64,000 bases of DNA, from the NCBI RefSeq assembly GCF_009914755.1, contig NC_060945.1, one strand, 5' to 3'. Numbering within the stretch: position 1 is the first letter of the stretch; each line of letters starts with the position of its first letter. Source of the stretch: the human T2T-CHM13v2.0 reference genome, Homo sapiens. The notes below the pieces were generated by a model. That model saw nothing but the letters and a program-made list of their open reading frames with translations. It was not told the origin of the DNA and did not search any database. The translations under genes and the position numbers were made by a program. Of this stretch, positions 46,660-61,614 are shown piece after piece.

Positions 46660-47400
46660 GAAGAACTGTAAATGCTTTGAGATTTTGTTCTGCTCACAAG
46701 CCAACAATGTAGAACATTATAGATGCTGGCAGAAGACATGAGGTTTGTGGGTCAGAGATTACTCATGGCAAAATTAGTAGCCAGCGTTTCATGTTCATGT
46801 TGGTTTCCTGTTGCCCCCATTTTGTCCCTTTGTCCCTCCACTATGATGCAGATGAGCCTAGATGAAGGCCTGCACATGCCACGAGTTGTGCTACAGTCGG
46901 CTACAGTCAGCAACACTGTGCTACAGTTGGCAACACTGAGCTTAGGGACTTGTGGATTTCATAGAGAGTGTTGATGAGACTTCTCTTTGTCCTTATTTCT
47001 GGATATTTCTCACTGCAAAAACAACTCTGAGAAGTGACCTGGGTAAATCGCTGTCAGGGCCTTGCATTCCTGGCTTACATAGCAACAGCCTGCAGGGATA
47101 CTCAGTGCCATGGTAGTTGCCTATCCCAACCAGTGTTTTCCTGCTGCCTCACAATTGTGGACCAGCCCTGGCCTGGGCAACCAGCAAACTTTTCACACAA
47201 AGTATGAACCCTGGCCTTGGGGAGGGGGGTCCCTCTTCTGAGTGTGCCTTCCTTGGTTGTTCTCCCTCAAGCCCAAGGTACCCTTTAGATTTCTCTTTGT
47301 AGTTATTGTCCTATCATAGTTTTATCATTGTTTATGTTGAACTTTCCTGTTTAAATTACTGTGTGGTTTCTGTCTCTTGAGTGCACCCAGACTGATATAT
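46660..47400. mobile_element. Old ERVL-type LTR fragments (subfamily not assigned)
   Basis: LTR-like 3' end ttaaattactgtgtggtttctgtctc...gactgata at ~47350-47400. Confidence 0.45.
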
Positions 47401-47483
47401 CAACTAACAAGAAAAATGAAAAGTTTGGTAAAATTTTGAAATCTTTTGTCAGTCTAAAATTATTCTTTAAAAATTAAAAAACC

Positions 47484-47867
<384 letters not shown>

Positions 47868-49872
47868 TCAATACTTATTTGTTTCTTCTGCTTATTTTGG
47901 ATTTAATTTGCTTGTTTTCTAGTTTCCTACAGTACAAGCTTAGATTACTGACTTTATATTTTTCTTATTTTCTAACCCATGCATTCAATGCTGTCAGTTC
48001 CATTTTGAGCATGGCTTTTGCTGCATCCTTCAAATTTTGTTAAGTTGTATTTTCCTTTTTACTTAGTTCAAAATATTTTAAAATTTATCTTCAGATTTCT
48101 TCTTTGACCCATGTATTATTTAGAAGTGTGTTGCTTAATCTCCAAAGATTTTGGGATTTTCAGTTATCTTTCTGTTATTGATTTCTAGTTTAATTCCATT
48201 GTGGTCTCAGAGCATATGTTTTATAATTTTTATTCTTTTAAATCTGTTAGGGTGTGTTTTATGGCCCAGAATGTGTATCTTGGTGAGTGTTCCATGTGAG
48301 CTTGAAAAGAATGTATTTTCTACTGTTCTTGGATGATGTAGCCTGTAGCTGTCCATCATATTCAGTTGATTGATGATGCTGTTGAGTTCAATTGTATTCT
48401 TATTGATTTCACATCTGCTGGATCTGTTCATTTCTGATAGAAGGTTGCTGAAATTTTTAACTATAATAATGAATTCATCTATTTTTTCTTGCAGTTCTAT
48501 CAGTTTTACCTTGTATATCTTAGCTCTGTCTTATTAATGCATACAAGTTAAAAATTGTTATGTCCTCTGGTAGTATTGACCCCTTTGTCATTATGTAATG
48601 CTCCTCTTAATCCATTATAATTTTCTTTGCTCTGAAATCTGCTTTGTCTGACGTTAATATAGCAACTGCCACTTTTTTGGATTCATGTTAGCATGGTGTA
48701 TCTTTCTCCATCCATTTACTATTAAATTATATGTTTCTTTATATTTAAATTAGTTTTTTTTGTAGACAATATATAGTTTGGCCTTATTTTTGATCCACTG
48801 TGATAATCCCTATGTTTTAATTGGCATATTTAGATAATTGCTGTTCAAAGTAATTATTGATATAGTTGAATTAATATCTACCATATTTTTCACTGTTTTC
48901 TATTTGATGCCCTTGGTCTTGTTTTTGTCTTCCACACTTTTTCTGCCTTTTGTGGTTTTAAGTGAGCATTTTATATGATTCAGTTTTTCTTCTTTCTTAG
49001 CATATCAATTAATACTTCTTAAAAAATATTTTTAAGCGTTGCCTTAGAGTTTTTAATGTATGTTTACAGCTAATCCAAGTACACTTTCAAATTACACTAT
49101 TATCACTTCTTGGATAGTGCAAGAACCTTATAATAACAAAAATGAGATTTACCATCACTATTCATTCTCTGGTGCTCTTCCTTTCTTCATATAGACCTGA
49201 GTTTCTTTTTTAAAAATGTTTAAGTTCAGGGGTATATGTGTGGGTTTATTATATAAGTAAACTTGTGTCATGGAGGTTTGTTGTACAGATTATTTTGTCA
49301 TCCAGGTATTAAGCCTAGTACCCATTCATTATTTTCCTGATTCTCTCCCTCCTCTCACCTTCCACCCTCCAGTAAGCCCCAGTGTCTGTTTTTCCCCTCT
49401 ATGTGTCCATGTGTTCTCATCATTTAGCTCCCACTTATAAGTGAGAATATGTGGTATTTGGTTTTCTGTTCCTGCATTAGTTTGCTTACGATAGTTTTTG
49501 CCTATATTCCTGCAAAGGACATGTTCTTGTTCTTTTTTATGCTTGCATAATATTTCGTGGTGTATATGTACCACATTTTCTTTACCGAGTCTACCACTGA
49601 CGGGCATTTAGGTTGACTCCATGCCTTTGCTACCGTGAATAGTGCTGTAATGAACATCCACATGCATGTGTCATTATGATAGAATGATTTATATTCGTTT
49701 GGGTATAGACCCAGTAACAGGATTGCTGGGTTGAGTGGTAATTCTGTTTTTATGTCTTTAAGGAATCACCACACTGTTTTCCACAATGGTTGAACTAATT
49801 TACATTCCCGCCAACGGTGTACAAGCATTCCTTTTTCTCCGTAACCTTGGCAGCACCTGTTATTTTTTTACT

Positions 49873-50203
49873 TTTGTTTTGTTTTGTTTTTTGAGACGGA
49901 GTCTCGTTCTGGCTGGAGTGCAGTGACTCAGTTTTGGTGCAGCCCAGGCTGGAGTGCAGTGACTCAATTTTTGCTCACTGCAACCTCCACCTCTTGGGTT
50001 CAAGCAATTCTCCTGCCTCAGCCTCCTGAGTAGCTGGGATTACAGGCACGTGCCACCACGCCCGGCTAATTTTTGTATTTGTTTAATAGAGATGGGGTTT
50101 CACCATGTTGACCAGGCTGGTCTTGATCTCCTAACTCAGGTGATCCGCCCACCTCGGCCTCCCAAAGTGCTGGGATTACAGGTGTGAGCCACCGTGCCTG
50201 GCT
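49873..50203 (-). mobile_element. AluS with an internal duplication of ggctggagtgcagtgactca
   Basis: Alu body; the 20-mer occurs at 49911 and again at 49947. Confidence 0.9.
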
Positions 50204-52100
50204 ATTTTTTGACCTTTTAATAGTAGCCATTCTGACTGCTGGGAGGTGGTATCTCACTGTGGTTTTGATTTGTATTTCTCTGACAGTCATCAGTGATGTT
50301 GAGTTGTTTTTCACATGCTTTTTGGCCACATGTATGTCTTCTTTTGAAAAGGGTCTGTTCATGTCCTTTACCCACTTTTTAATGGGATTGGGTTTGTGTG
50401 TGTGTGTAGATTTGTTTAAGTTCCTTATAGATGCTGGATATCAAATCTTTGTCAGAGGCGTGGTTTGCGAAAATTTTCTCCCATTCTGTTTACTTTGTTG
50501 ATAGTTTTTGTGTGTGTGTGTGTGTGCTGTGTAGAAGCTCTTTCGTTTAATTAAATAGATCACATTTGTCAGTTTTTGCTTTTGTTGCAATTGCTTTTGG
50601 TGTCTTTATCACGAAATATTTGCCCATTCCTATGTCCTTAATGGTATTACCTAGGTTGTCTTCCAGGGTTTTTATAGTTTTGGATTTTACATGTAAATAT
50701 TTCTGTATGTTGATTGTCGTTCACAAACAGGGTTAGTCTGACTTCCTCTCTTTCTATTTAGATGCCCTTTATTTCTTTCTTTTGCCTGATTGCTGTGGCC
50801 AGGACTTCCAATACTATTTTGAATAGGAGTGGTGAGAAAGGGCATCCTTGTCTTGTGCCAGTTTTCGAGGGGAGTGCTTCCAGCTTTTGCCCATTTAGTA
50901 TGATGTTGGCTGTGGGTTTGTCATAGATGGCTTTTATTATTTTGAGGTATGTTCCTTCAATATTTAGTTTATTGAGAGTTTTTAACATGAAATGGTGTTG
51001 AATTTTATCAAAAGGCTTTTCAGCATCTATTGAGATGATCATGTGGTTTTTGTCTTTAGTTCTGTTTGTTTGATAAATCACATTTATTGATTTGCCTGTG
51101 TTGATCTAACCTTGCATCCCAGGGATAAAGCCTCCTTGATCATGGTGGATAAGCTTTTTGATGTGCTGCTGGATTCAGTTTGCTAGTATTTTGTTGAGGA
51201 TTTTTGCATCAATGTTCATCAAGGATTTTGGCCTAAAGTTTTTTTTTTCTTGTTGTGTCTCTGCCAGATTTTGGTATTATGATGATACTGGCCTCATAGA
51301 ATGAGTTAGGGAGGAGTCCCCCCTTCTCAATTTTTTGGAATAGGTTCAGCAGGAATGGTACTAGCTCTTCTTTATACTTCTGGTAGAATACAGCTGTGAA
51401 TCCATCTGGTCCTGGACTTTTTTTGGTTGGTAGCCTATTTATTCCTGATTCAATTTCAGAGCTTGTTATTGATCTGTTCAGGGAATCAATTTATTTCTGG
51501 TTCAGTCTTGGGAGGGTGTATATATCCAGGAATGTATCCATTTCTTCCGTATTTTCTAGTTTGCATAGAGGTGTTCATAATATTCTCTGATGGTTATTTG
51601 TACTTCTGTAGGGTTAGTGGTAATATCCCCTTTGTCATTTCTAATTGTGTTTATTTGGATCTTCTCTCTCTTCTTCTTTATTAGTCTAGCTAGTGGTCTA
51701 TTTTATTAATTTTTTTAAAAAACCAACCCCTGGATTGGTTGATCTTTTGGATGGTTTTTTGTGTCTCAGTCTCCTTCAGTTCAGCTCTGATTTTGGTTAT
51801 ATCTTGTCTTCTGCTAGTTTTGGGGTTGATTTGCTCTTGGTTCTCTAGTTCTTTTAGTTGTGGTGTTAGGTTGTTTGATTGCAAGCATTCTAACTTTTTG
51901 ATGTGGACATTTATTGCTAAAAATTTCCCTCTTAACACTGCCTTAGCTGTGTCCAAGAGAGTCTAGTATGTTGTACCTTTGTTTTTATTAGTTTCAAAGA
52001 ACTTCTTGATTTCTGCCTTAATTTCTTTATTTACCCAAAGGTCATTCAGGAGCAGGTTATTCAATTTTCATATAATTGCATGGTTTTGAGCAATTTTCTT

Positions 52101-52401
<301 letters not shown>

Positions 52402-52771
52402 TTGAGCAATTTTCTTGTGCTGTGGTCCAAGAGAGTGGTTGTTATGATTTTAGTTCTTTTGCACTTGCTGAGGAGTGTTTTATGTCTTATTATGTGGTTG
52501 ATTTTAGAGTATGTGCATGTGGTGATGACAAGAATGTCTATTCTGTTGCTTTAGGGTGGAGAGTTCTGTAGATGTCTATCAGGTCCATTTACTCCAGTGC
52601 TGAGTTTAGGTCCTGAATATCTTTGGTAATTTTCTGCCTCAATGATCTGTCTAGTACTGTCAGCAGGGTGTTGAAGTCTCCCACTATTATTGTGTGGGAG
52701 TGTTAAGTCTCTTTGAAGTGCTCTAAGAACTTGCTTTATGAATCTGGGTGCTCCTGTGCTTGGTATAGATA

Positions 52772-52820
<49 letters not shown>
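52772..52820. repeat. Compound (TG)n(TA)n microsatellite
   Basis: Read directly from the sequence. Confidence 0.95.
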
Positions 52821-52823
<3 letters not shown>

Positions 52824-53329
52824 GGATAGTTAGGTCTTCCTGTTGAACTGAACCCTTTAGCATTTTGTATGCCCTTCTTTGTCTTTTTTGAGTTTTGTTG
52901 GTTTAAAATCTTTTTTGCCTGAAATTAGGATTGCAACTCCTACTTTTTTCAGTTTTCCATTTGCTTGGTAGATTTTTACCCATCCCTTTATTTTGAGCCA
53001 GTGGGTGTCACTGCATGTGAGATGGGTTTCTTGATGACAGCATACTATTGGGTCTTGGTTCTTTATTGAGCTTGCCACTCTGAGTCCTTTAAGTGGGGAT
53101 TTAGCCCATTTACATTCAAGGTTAGTATTAATATGTGTGGATTTGATCCTGTCATCATGATGTTAGCTTAGACCTGAGTTTCTAAAATATCATTTTTCCT
53201 TTCTCTGGAGAACTTCTTTTAACATTTCTTCAGATTTATTAGCAACAATGTTTGTTTGTCTTAGAAAGTCTATTTCTCCTTTACTTTTGAAGGACAGTTT
53301 TGCAGACCGCAGAATTCTAGGTTGGTGGG

Positions 53330-53700
53330 TGTATTAGTCTGTTCTTACACTGCTAATAAAGACATACCTGAGACTGGGTAATTTATAAAGGAAAGAGGTT
53401 TAATTGACTCACAGTTTAGCATGGCTGGGGAGGCCTCAGGAAACTTACAACCATGGCAGAAGGGGAAGCAAACACATCCTTCTTCACATGGAGGCAGCAA
53501 GGAGAAGTGCCGAACAAAAGAGGAAAAAGCCCCTTATAAAACCTTCAGATCTCATGAGAACTCACTCACTATCTTGAGAACAGCAGCGTGGAGGTAACTG
53601 CCCCCTATGATTTAATTACTTCCCACCAGGTCCTTCCCATGACACATGGGGATTACAATACAAGATGAGATATGGGTGGGAACACAGCCAAACCATATCA
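53330..53700 (-). mobile_element. THE1C-like solo LTR
   Basis: tgtattagtc...ccaaaccatatca; 5-bp TSD gtggg/gaggg. Confidence 0.92.
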
Positions 53701-54045
53701 GAGGGTTTATTTTTACAACACTTTAAATATAACCATGTGTCATGTAACAACATTTTGGTCAATGGCAGATTGCATATGCGATGGTAGCCTCATAGATTAT
53801 AATGGAACTGAAAAATTTCTATTGCCTAGTGATGTTGTAGCCATCAAAACATTGTAGTGCAATGCATTACTCATGTGTCTGTGGTTATAGTGGTATAAAC
53901 AAACCTACTGTGCTACCAGTCACATAAAAGTATAGTACATCAAATTATGTACGATACGTAATACTTGACAATGATCATAAATGACCATCTTACTGGTTTA
54001 TGTATTTACTATACAATACATTTTATTATTTTAGATGGTACTCTT

Positions 54046-54085
<40 letters not shown>

Positions 54086-54102
54086 ATCTATCTATCTATC
54101 TA
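54046..54102. repeat. (TCTA)10-A-(TCTA)4 STR, probably marker D21S1446
   Basis: Repeat read directly. Flanks 53947-53971 and 54144-54161 match the D21S1446 primer sequences as I recall them (215-bp amplicon). Confidence 0.8.
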
Positions 54103-54544
54103 TGTAAAGTTAGTTAACAGTTAGTTACCAGTAAAATAGCCTCGAGCAGGTCCTTTGGGACATATTCTAGAACAAGGTGCCGTTATCATAGAGAATGACA
54201 GCTCCATATGTCTCATTGTCCTTGAAGACCTTCCAGGGGGAAAAGATGTGATGTAGAGGTGGAAGACAGTGATATTGATGGTTCTGACCTGTGTAGGCTT
54301 AGGCTAATGTGTTTGTGTTTCAGCTAAAAAAAGAGTTTAAAAAGTAAAAAATTTAAAAATTGTTAAAAATGGAAACAAGCTTATAGATTAAAGATATAAA
54401 GAAAGAAAATATTTTTGTATAGCTATACGATGTGTTTGTATTTTAAGCTAAGTGTTATTACAAATGAGTCAATGAGAAAAAAAGTTTATAAAGTAAATAA
54501 GTTATGTTAAGCTAAGTTTAATTTATTATTGAAGAAAGAATAAT

Positions 54545-55030
<486 letters not shown>

Positions 55031-55050
55031 TTAGCACAGCTTAAGTGTAC

Positions 55051-55174
55051 AGTGCTTATAAGCCTACAGTAGAGTACAGTGGTGCTTATAAGTCTGCAGT
55101 AGAGTACAGTAATGCTTGCAAGCCTACAGTAGAGTACAGAAATGCTTATAAGTCTGCAGTAGAGTACAGTAATG
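55051..55174. repeat. 30-bp minisatellite, ~4 copies in ABAB order
   Basis: Units alternate agcctacagtagagtacag / agtctgcagtagagtacag at exact 30-bp spacing. Confidence 0.95.
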
Positions 55175-58100
55175 TCCTGGGCATTCACACTCACTCACCA
55201 CTCAAGCACTAACTCACCCAGAACAACTTCCAGTTCTGCAAACTCTGTTCATCGTAAATGCCTTATATGGGTATATCATTAAAAATCTTTTATATCATGT
55301 TTTTACTGTACTGTTTCTATGTTTAGACATAAAAATACTTACTATTGTGTTTCATTGCCTACGGTATCCAGTAGTAACATATTGGACAAGTTTGTAACCT
55401 AGAAGCAACAGGCTGTATCATACAGCCTAGGTATATAGCAGGCTGTACCAGCTAGGTTTGTGTAACTGCACTGTATGATGTTTGCGTAAGGACAAAATTG
55501 CCTAATGAAACATTTCTCAGTATGTATCCCCATCATTAAGTGATATATGACTCTATTTCATTCCATCTTCTTCTCGCTTGCATAGTTTTTCAGGAGAAGT
55601 TAGATGTAATTTTTATCTTGCTTCTCTATGGTAACGTGTTTATTTTCTCTGGTTTCTTTTGAGATTTTTCCTTTAACTATGATTTTGTGAAGCTTGAATG
55701 TGATATGCCTAGTTTTGGGGGAGGGGCATTTATCCTATTTGTGTTCTCTGAGCTTCCTGGAGCTGTGATTTGGTGTCTCACATTAATCTTGGGGAAATTC
55801 TCAGTCATTATTGCTTCACATATTGCTTGTGTTCCTTTCTCTCTTTCTTCTTTTATTCTCATTATGTGTATGTTACACCTTTCGCAGCTATCCCATAGTT
55901 CTAGGATATTATGTTCTGCTTTTCCCGCTCAGCTTTTATTCTCTTTGTTTTTTAGTTTTGGAAGTTTTTATTGTCATGTTCTCCAGCTCTCAGAGATTTT
56001 TTCCTCGGCCATGAGTCTACCGATGACTCCATCAAAGGGATTCTTCCTTTCTGTTACAATGGTTTTAAAACTCTAGCATTTATTTTTGATTATTTCTTAG
56101 AATTTCCATCTTTCTGCTTTTGTTGCCCATCCACTCTTGCATGCCATCTGCTTTTTCTGTTAAATCCCTTAACATATTACTCATAGCTTTTCAAAATTCC
56201 TGGTTTGATAATTTCAGCATTCCTGCCATATCTGACTCTGCTTGTGATGCTTTTTTAGGCTCTTCAAACTAGTTTTTGTCTTTTAGTGTGCCTTGTCATG
56301 TTTTTTGAAGGCTGGAAATGAAATCTGGCTAGAAGGAACTGCTGTAAAAAGACCTTTAGTGATGCGGTGGTAGGTGCGGGGGAGGGAAAGCATTCTACAG
56401 TCCTATGAGTAGGTCTAGGTCTGTGGTGACTCTGCCCCCTTGAATTGTGACCTTCACAAGTGCTCCCCCATCCTGTGAGTGGAACAGGATGGCTGTAGGG
56501 GGCTGAAATTGTGTATTTCCCTTCACCTGCATGAAAGTCCAGAGCCACCTGGAGTAGGTAGGTCAGGCTCTGATGTAACCCAGCCAGTTTGGCTCCTGAG
56601 GACAGGCATTGTTAAGAACAGAATGCCCTATCTCAAGATGTTTTCTTTTTTCTTCCCCCTGCTGAAGCACAAGGGGATCTTTCTCCAATATCCACTGTGA
56701 GGACCTGGTCGAGCTCCTGGAGGTAAAATTCACAAAAGTGTAGGGGCCCTCAGGACGGGGGTCCCCCTGGAGGTTTTTGTCCCTCAGACTTGCCACACTG
56801 AGCCTCCAGCAATTTTTCGGGTTTTCCTACCCTGGCACTGGAGGTTTCTGCTGGAGATAAGTTGTGATTCTCTCTCCCCACCTGTCTGTCTCTCCAATGT
56901 TGGGAACAATAGTTTGTCTTGTGACCTCACTTCTCTACTGGATCTAAGAGGGGCTGTTAATTTTTCAGTTTGTTCAGCTTTTTACTTGCTGTTAGGATGG
57001 AGCAAAGATTTCTTAGCTCCTTACATGTTGAACTGGAAACCAAAAATGAGTAGTTACTTTCTGAAGATATAAAATCCCCAGAGTAATATAATAAGACATC
57101 ACAAATGTCACTAGTCCACCTGTAAAATAATGTGTACTACTTCTTCCTCCCAATAATAAAAAAGCTTGAGGAGACAACAAGGGTGCCAACAGGCAGCTGG
57201 TTGCTGGAGGGCGATCACCACGGTGTTTCCCAGGAGAGTGAGACCATGCACTCTTTGGCTTGGGAAGAAGGGTGCCATTGTGAGCAACGCTGCCATGACT
57301 CTGCGAATGCCCAGGACATTACTGTACTAGCCAAGAGCTATCACTTGACTCGTGGTCATGGCGTTGTGGAGAGCTGCCTGGCATTGCAGCCTGTGAAACT
57401 GTGGAGGTAATTGGGAGGGGGTGATGGAGGCTCAAGGCCCATGGTGTCTAGTCTACCGCACCTTGAATGCCAAAGGCACCCATGTGGTTCACCCTCTGTC
57501 TACTCTGCAGATGGAGGGAAATGAGATGATGTAGCTCCAGGTTCCCAGACGACAACCTGCCATGACAGGAAGGGGCTCTCCTTCCCAAGCAACAGTGCTG
57601 CCTGCCCAGGCCAGAGCACGAAGGAGCTTGTGGGTCAACAGGGGCCTCTATTTGAATATATCAATCTTCTGTTAAGATCTTCTTCAGTCACTTGGATGTC
57701 CCTTCTCCCTTCATCCATTCAGCAAACTCTTGGCTCCAATCAACTAGGCAGCCAGCCCCGGGCCTTGCTGGGGCTGGTCAGGGGGTGGGAAGGGGTCATT
57801 CCAGAAAGGCCTGGGCAGCAACATTGTTTTCTCCCACAAAGGACGGTGCCATCCGCCACCAAGCCACTCACGAGGCTGACTCCAGTGACCGATGGCCACA
57901 GGCAGAAAAGGAGGCTTGTGTTCTAAAGGAATGTGAGGAAGAGACAAAAAGCTTCTGTTGTAGCAAATGCAAGTATTGATGCAATGAGAACTCACTGCCT
58001 TTCCTGTTCTAAAGAATGCCACTCCCAGCCAGCAGGCAGCCATGGGGTCAGGGCTTGGGTGCTGGGGCCTTGGAGCTGGATTCAGATCCGACCTCTGAAC

Positions 58101-59182
58101 AAACCTTGTCAAACGACAACCTTTCTCAGGCTGAGTAAAAGACAGAAAAAAAGCTGCACCCCTGAGAGGGCTGTAGGAGGAGTAAAGGAAATTGACACGC
58201 ACATACATGTGCACACATACAGACACACGTGAAGGGCCCAATGCACTCACTTGGGAGTCATTATTATTATTATAAAAGTTACTGTTCTTGTCTGCAGAAC
58301 CTGGAGCTGGCAGGAGTCAGACTGGGCAAAGCAAAGAACAGCAAATAGCAGAGGGACAGAGACTTCTTTCTGAGCCAGATATATTAGGTCTAAAAGGGCA
58401 GAGTGAACCTACTGGCTACTTTAGAATACTCTAAATCCAGGAGGCCCCCAATCTGGCAAATTAAGGCAGAATATCAGCATTTCATGGGTATCACATTTTA
58501 TTATTTTTGAACTATGTCAAATTCCATTAATTCATTTGGGTTCTAACCAGTCATTCCAAAGTCCATGCTCCCTTCCAGAAGTGCAGGCCCAGCATGAGCT
58601 GAGCCGGGGGCAGAGCAGGAGCACCGCTGTTTGCCCTGGGTCCATGGCAACGCCAGAGCCCAGCTCAACACAGCAGGGCTTTTGTTTTCATTTTTCAACT
58701 TTTTTTGAGGCCTTGAGAAGGAAGTGGAGATTGGAGTGTGAAGAGCCCACCCCACACAAAGCCGCTTTTCATGGCACTTGCTGTGCCTGTGGTTTCTTGC
58801 TCAGGAACTGAGTCTTGGTGAAATATAAGAGGAAGTGTTTGAACTGATGCTGGGGCAAGATCTCAAAAGGAAAACTGAGTTTTCCCTTTTGTAGAACTCT
58901 GTCACAGATATTTATTTTGATTATGCTTTTTATAACTTTTAAGGATTCTTGGAAATTTGCAATAAAATCATGTCAGGTTTAAATGTTTAAAAAATCATAG
59001 GATTAGCCTATTTGTTTTTTCACTCAACAGGAGTGTTTTTCATTTGACGACTTCAGAAGATCCCACGTCTTACAGCCCGTCCCTTCCTGTAGGACGCTGT
59101 GGGCCAGGACAGCACAGTACTCGGCCACATGCCCAAATGAGCAGCCACAAAAGTCTAATCAATCGATTGTTCAAACTGCTTA

Positions 59183-59475
<293 letters not shown>

Positions 59476-59581
59476 CTCTACTTAACAAGTGAGGATGCTC
59501 ACGCCTTGACTGTAAAAATGCCTGCGTGGAATTGAACCACCTCGACAGCAACGACCCAGGAGGTGGAAATGAGTTGTTTTA

Positions 59582-59965
<384 letters not shown>

Positions 59966-61149
59966 TCAATCCCTAGCAGTTTTGCTACTGCAGAACAATA
60001 ACCTCTTTTGCTTTTGAAAAACAAACTTCAAGTTAAAAACACTGTGAATAACCTGGCACTATATTTCAATTTTTAGTGTAACTGGAATACATCCACAGGT
60101 ATATTTAGCATCTAGTAGTTCTATTGAGTGCTAATGTAAATAAAATTTAAATCATAGGAGGAATAAACTATTTTTGGAATTAAAACTTAAGACAGACTCC
60201 ATAATAAAATCAAATAATTTGATGTAATTCCTGTAACATATGTACTAACATTAAGTTCAACATTTAAAATTAATTATCTGTTATTGTGTATTAATTTAGA
60301 AAATTAATTGCAATCTTCTGAACTCTGCCTTTGGGGCTCCCTGGAACAAGGCCCAGGGGCCGTGTTTGCCTGAGTCGCATGCATGCACCTCCCTTCCCCA
60401 GGCGAGGCCCACTTGGCTGCGCGCCTCCCCACAGCGGGGACCATGAGATGCAGAGGCAGACAAGGACAGCGTCTTGGTGATCACAACTTTTAAAACGAAA
60501 AACTCAGATGCCCAGGATGAGAGAGCGCACACCCCGTGCTGATGCCCCACCCTGAACTTGCTGCTGCTGTGATGATGGCCACAGAAGGACAGCTGTTCAC
60601 GGAGCCCTGGCCGAGCTCGCTCTGTCCTCAGCCTGTGCGGCTGGCCAGGTCCCTTGGCCGTAGGAAGGCTCCAGAGGCCTCTTTGGGTAGGAGAGTGTGG
60701 GGGATGGGTCAGTTGCTCAGCACACCAAGGAGCCAGGCCTCACAGGGACTCTTTTAGGGTCCCTAGATTTTGCAACTCAAGTGACAACCACTCCTGCCCC
60801 TGGAGTGTTGATTTGTGTGCTCCAATGCCCCCCAACATGTTGGCCGTCAGGTGCCCTGCCAGGCCCTGCGTGTTCAGTGTGCTCTGGTTCCTGGGAGGAA
60901 GGTAAGACACTGAGTTCTGAACTCTGGAGGTGGAAGGGGGCTCCTTGGACAGTCACCTGATTAAGCACAGCCCTGACCCCATCCTGGTCACAGGGGTGTG
61001 AGTCTCCAAGGACAGGGCTCCAGAGCACCGTGTGATAAGTCACATGCAAAGGAAACCTGGGCAATGGCATAAATGAGGACCTCCCCTTAGCAGGGAAAGG
61101 AGCTTAGCAGCCTTCGGAGCCTCAGCCTGCATAGGAAACGCATGTTTCT

Positions 61150-61255
61150 CCATCATGATGGGGGAAACTGAGGCTCAGGTTGTATCACTCAGTGTCAAAG
61201 CCAGGATTTGAACCTGGGCCTGCCTCCAGAGTCCAAGTCCCAACCACATGAAATG
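61150..61255 (+). mobile_element. MIR core
   Basis: gaaactgaggctcag...gccaggatttgaacctggg. Confidence 0.65.
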
Positions 61256-61322
61256 CTGCTGTCGTGGATCGGAGCAGGAGGAAATGCCCTGCTCTGACTC
61301 AAGGAGGTGCTTGGACTCTGCT

Positions 61323-61614
61323 TGTTTTTGTTTTTGAAACAGAGTCTTGCTCTATTGTCCAGACTGGAGTGCAGTGGTGCAATCTCAGCTCACTGCAGCC
61401 TCCTTCTCTAGGGTTCAAGTGATTCTTGTAACTCATCTCCTGAGTAGCTGGGATTACAGACATGCACCGCCACGCCTGGCTAATTTTTGTAATTTTAGTA
61501 GAGATGGGGTTTCACCATGTTGGCCAGGCTGCTCGAACTCCTGGCCTCAAGCGATCCACTTGCCTTAGCCTTCCAAAATGTTGGGATTACAGGCATGAGC
61601 CACCATGCCCAGCC
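61323..61614 (-). mobile_element. AluJ/S
   Basis: Alu body on - strand (ctcctggcctcaagcgatcc). Confidence 0.9.
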
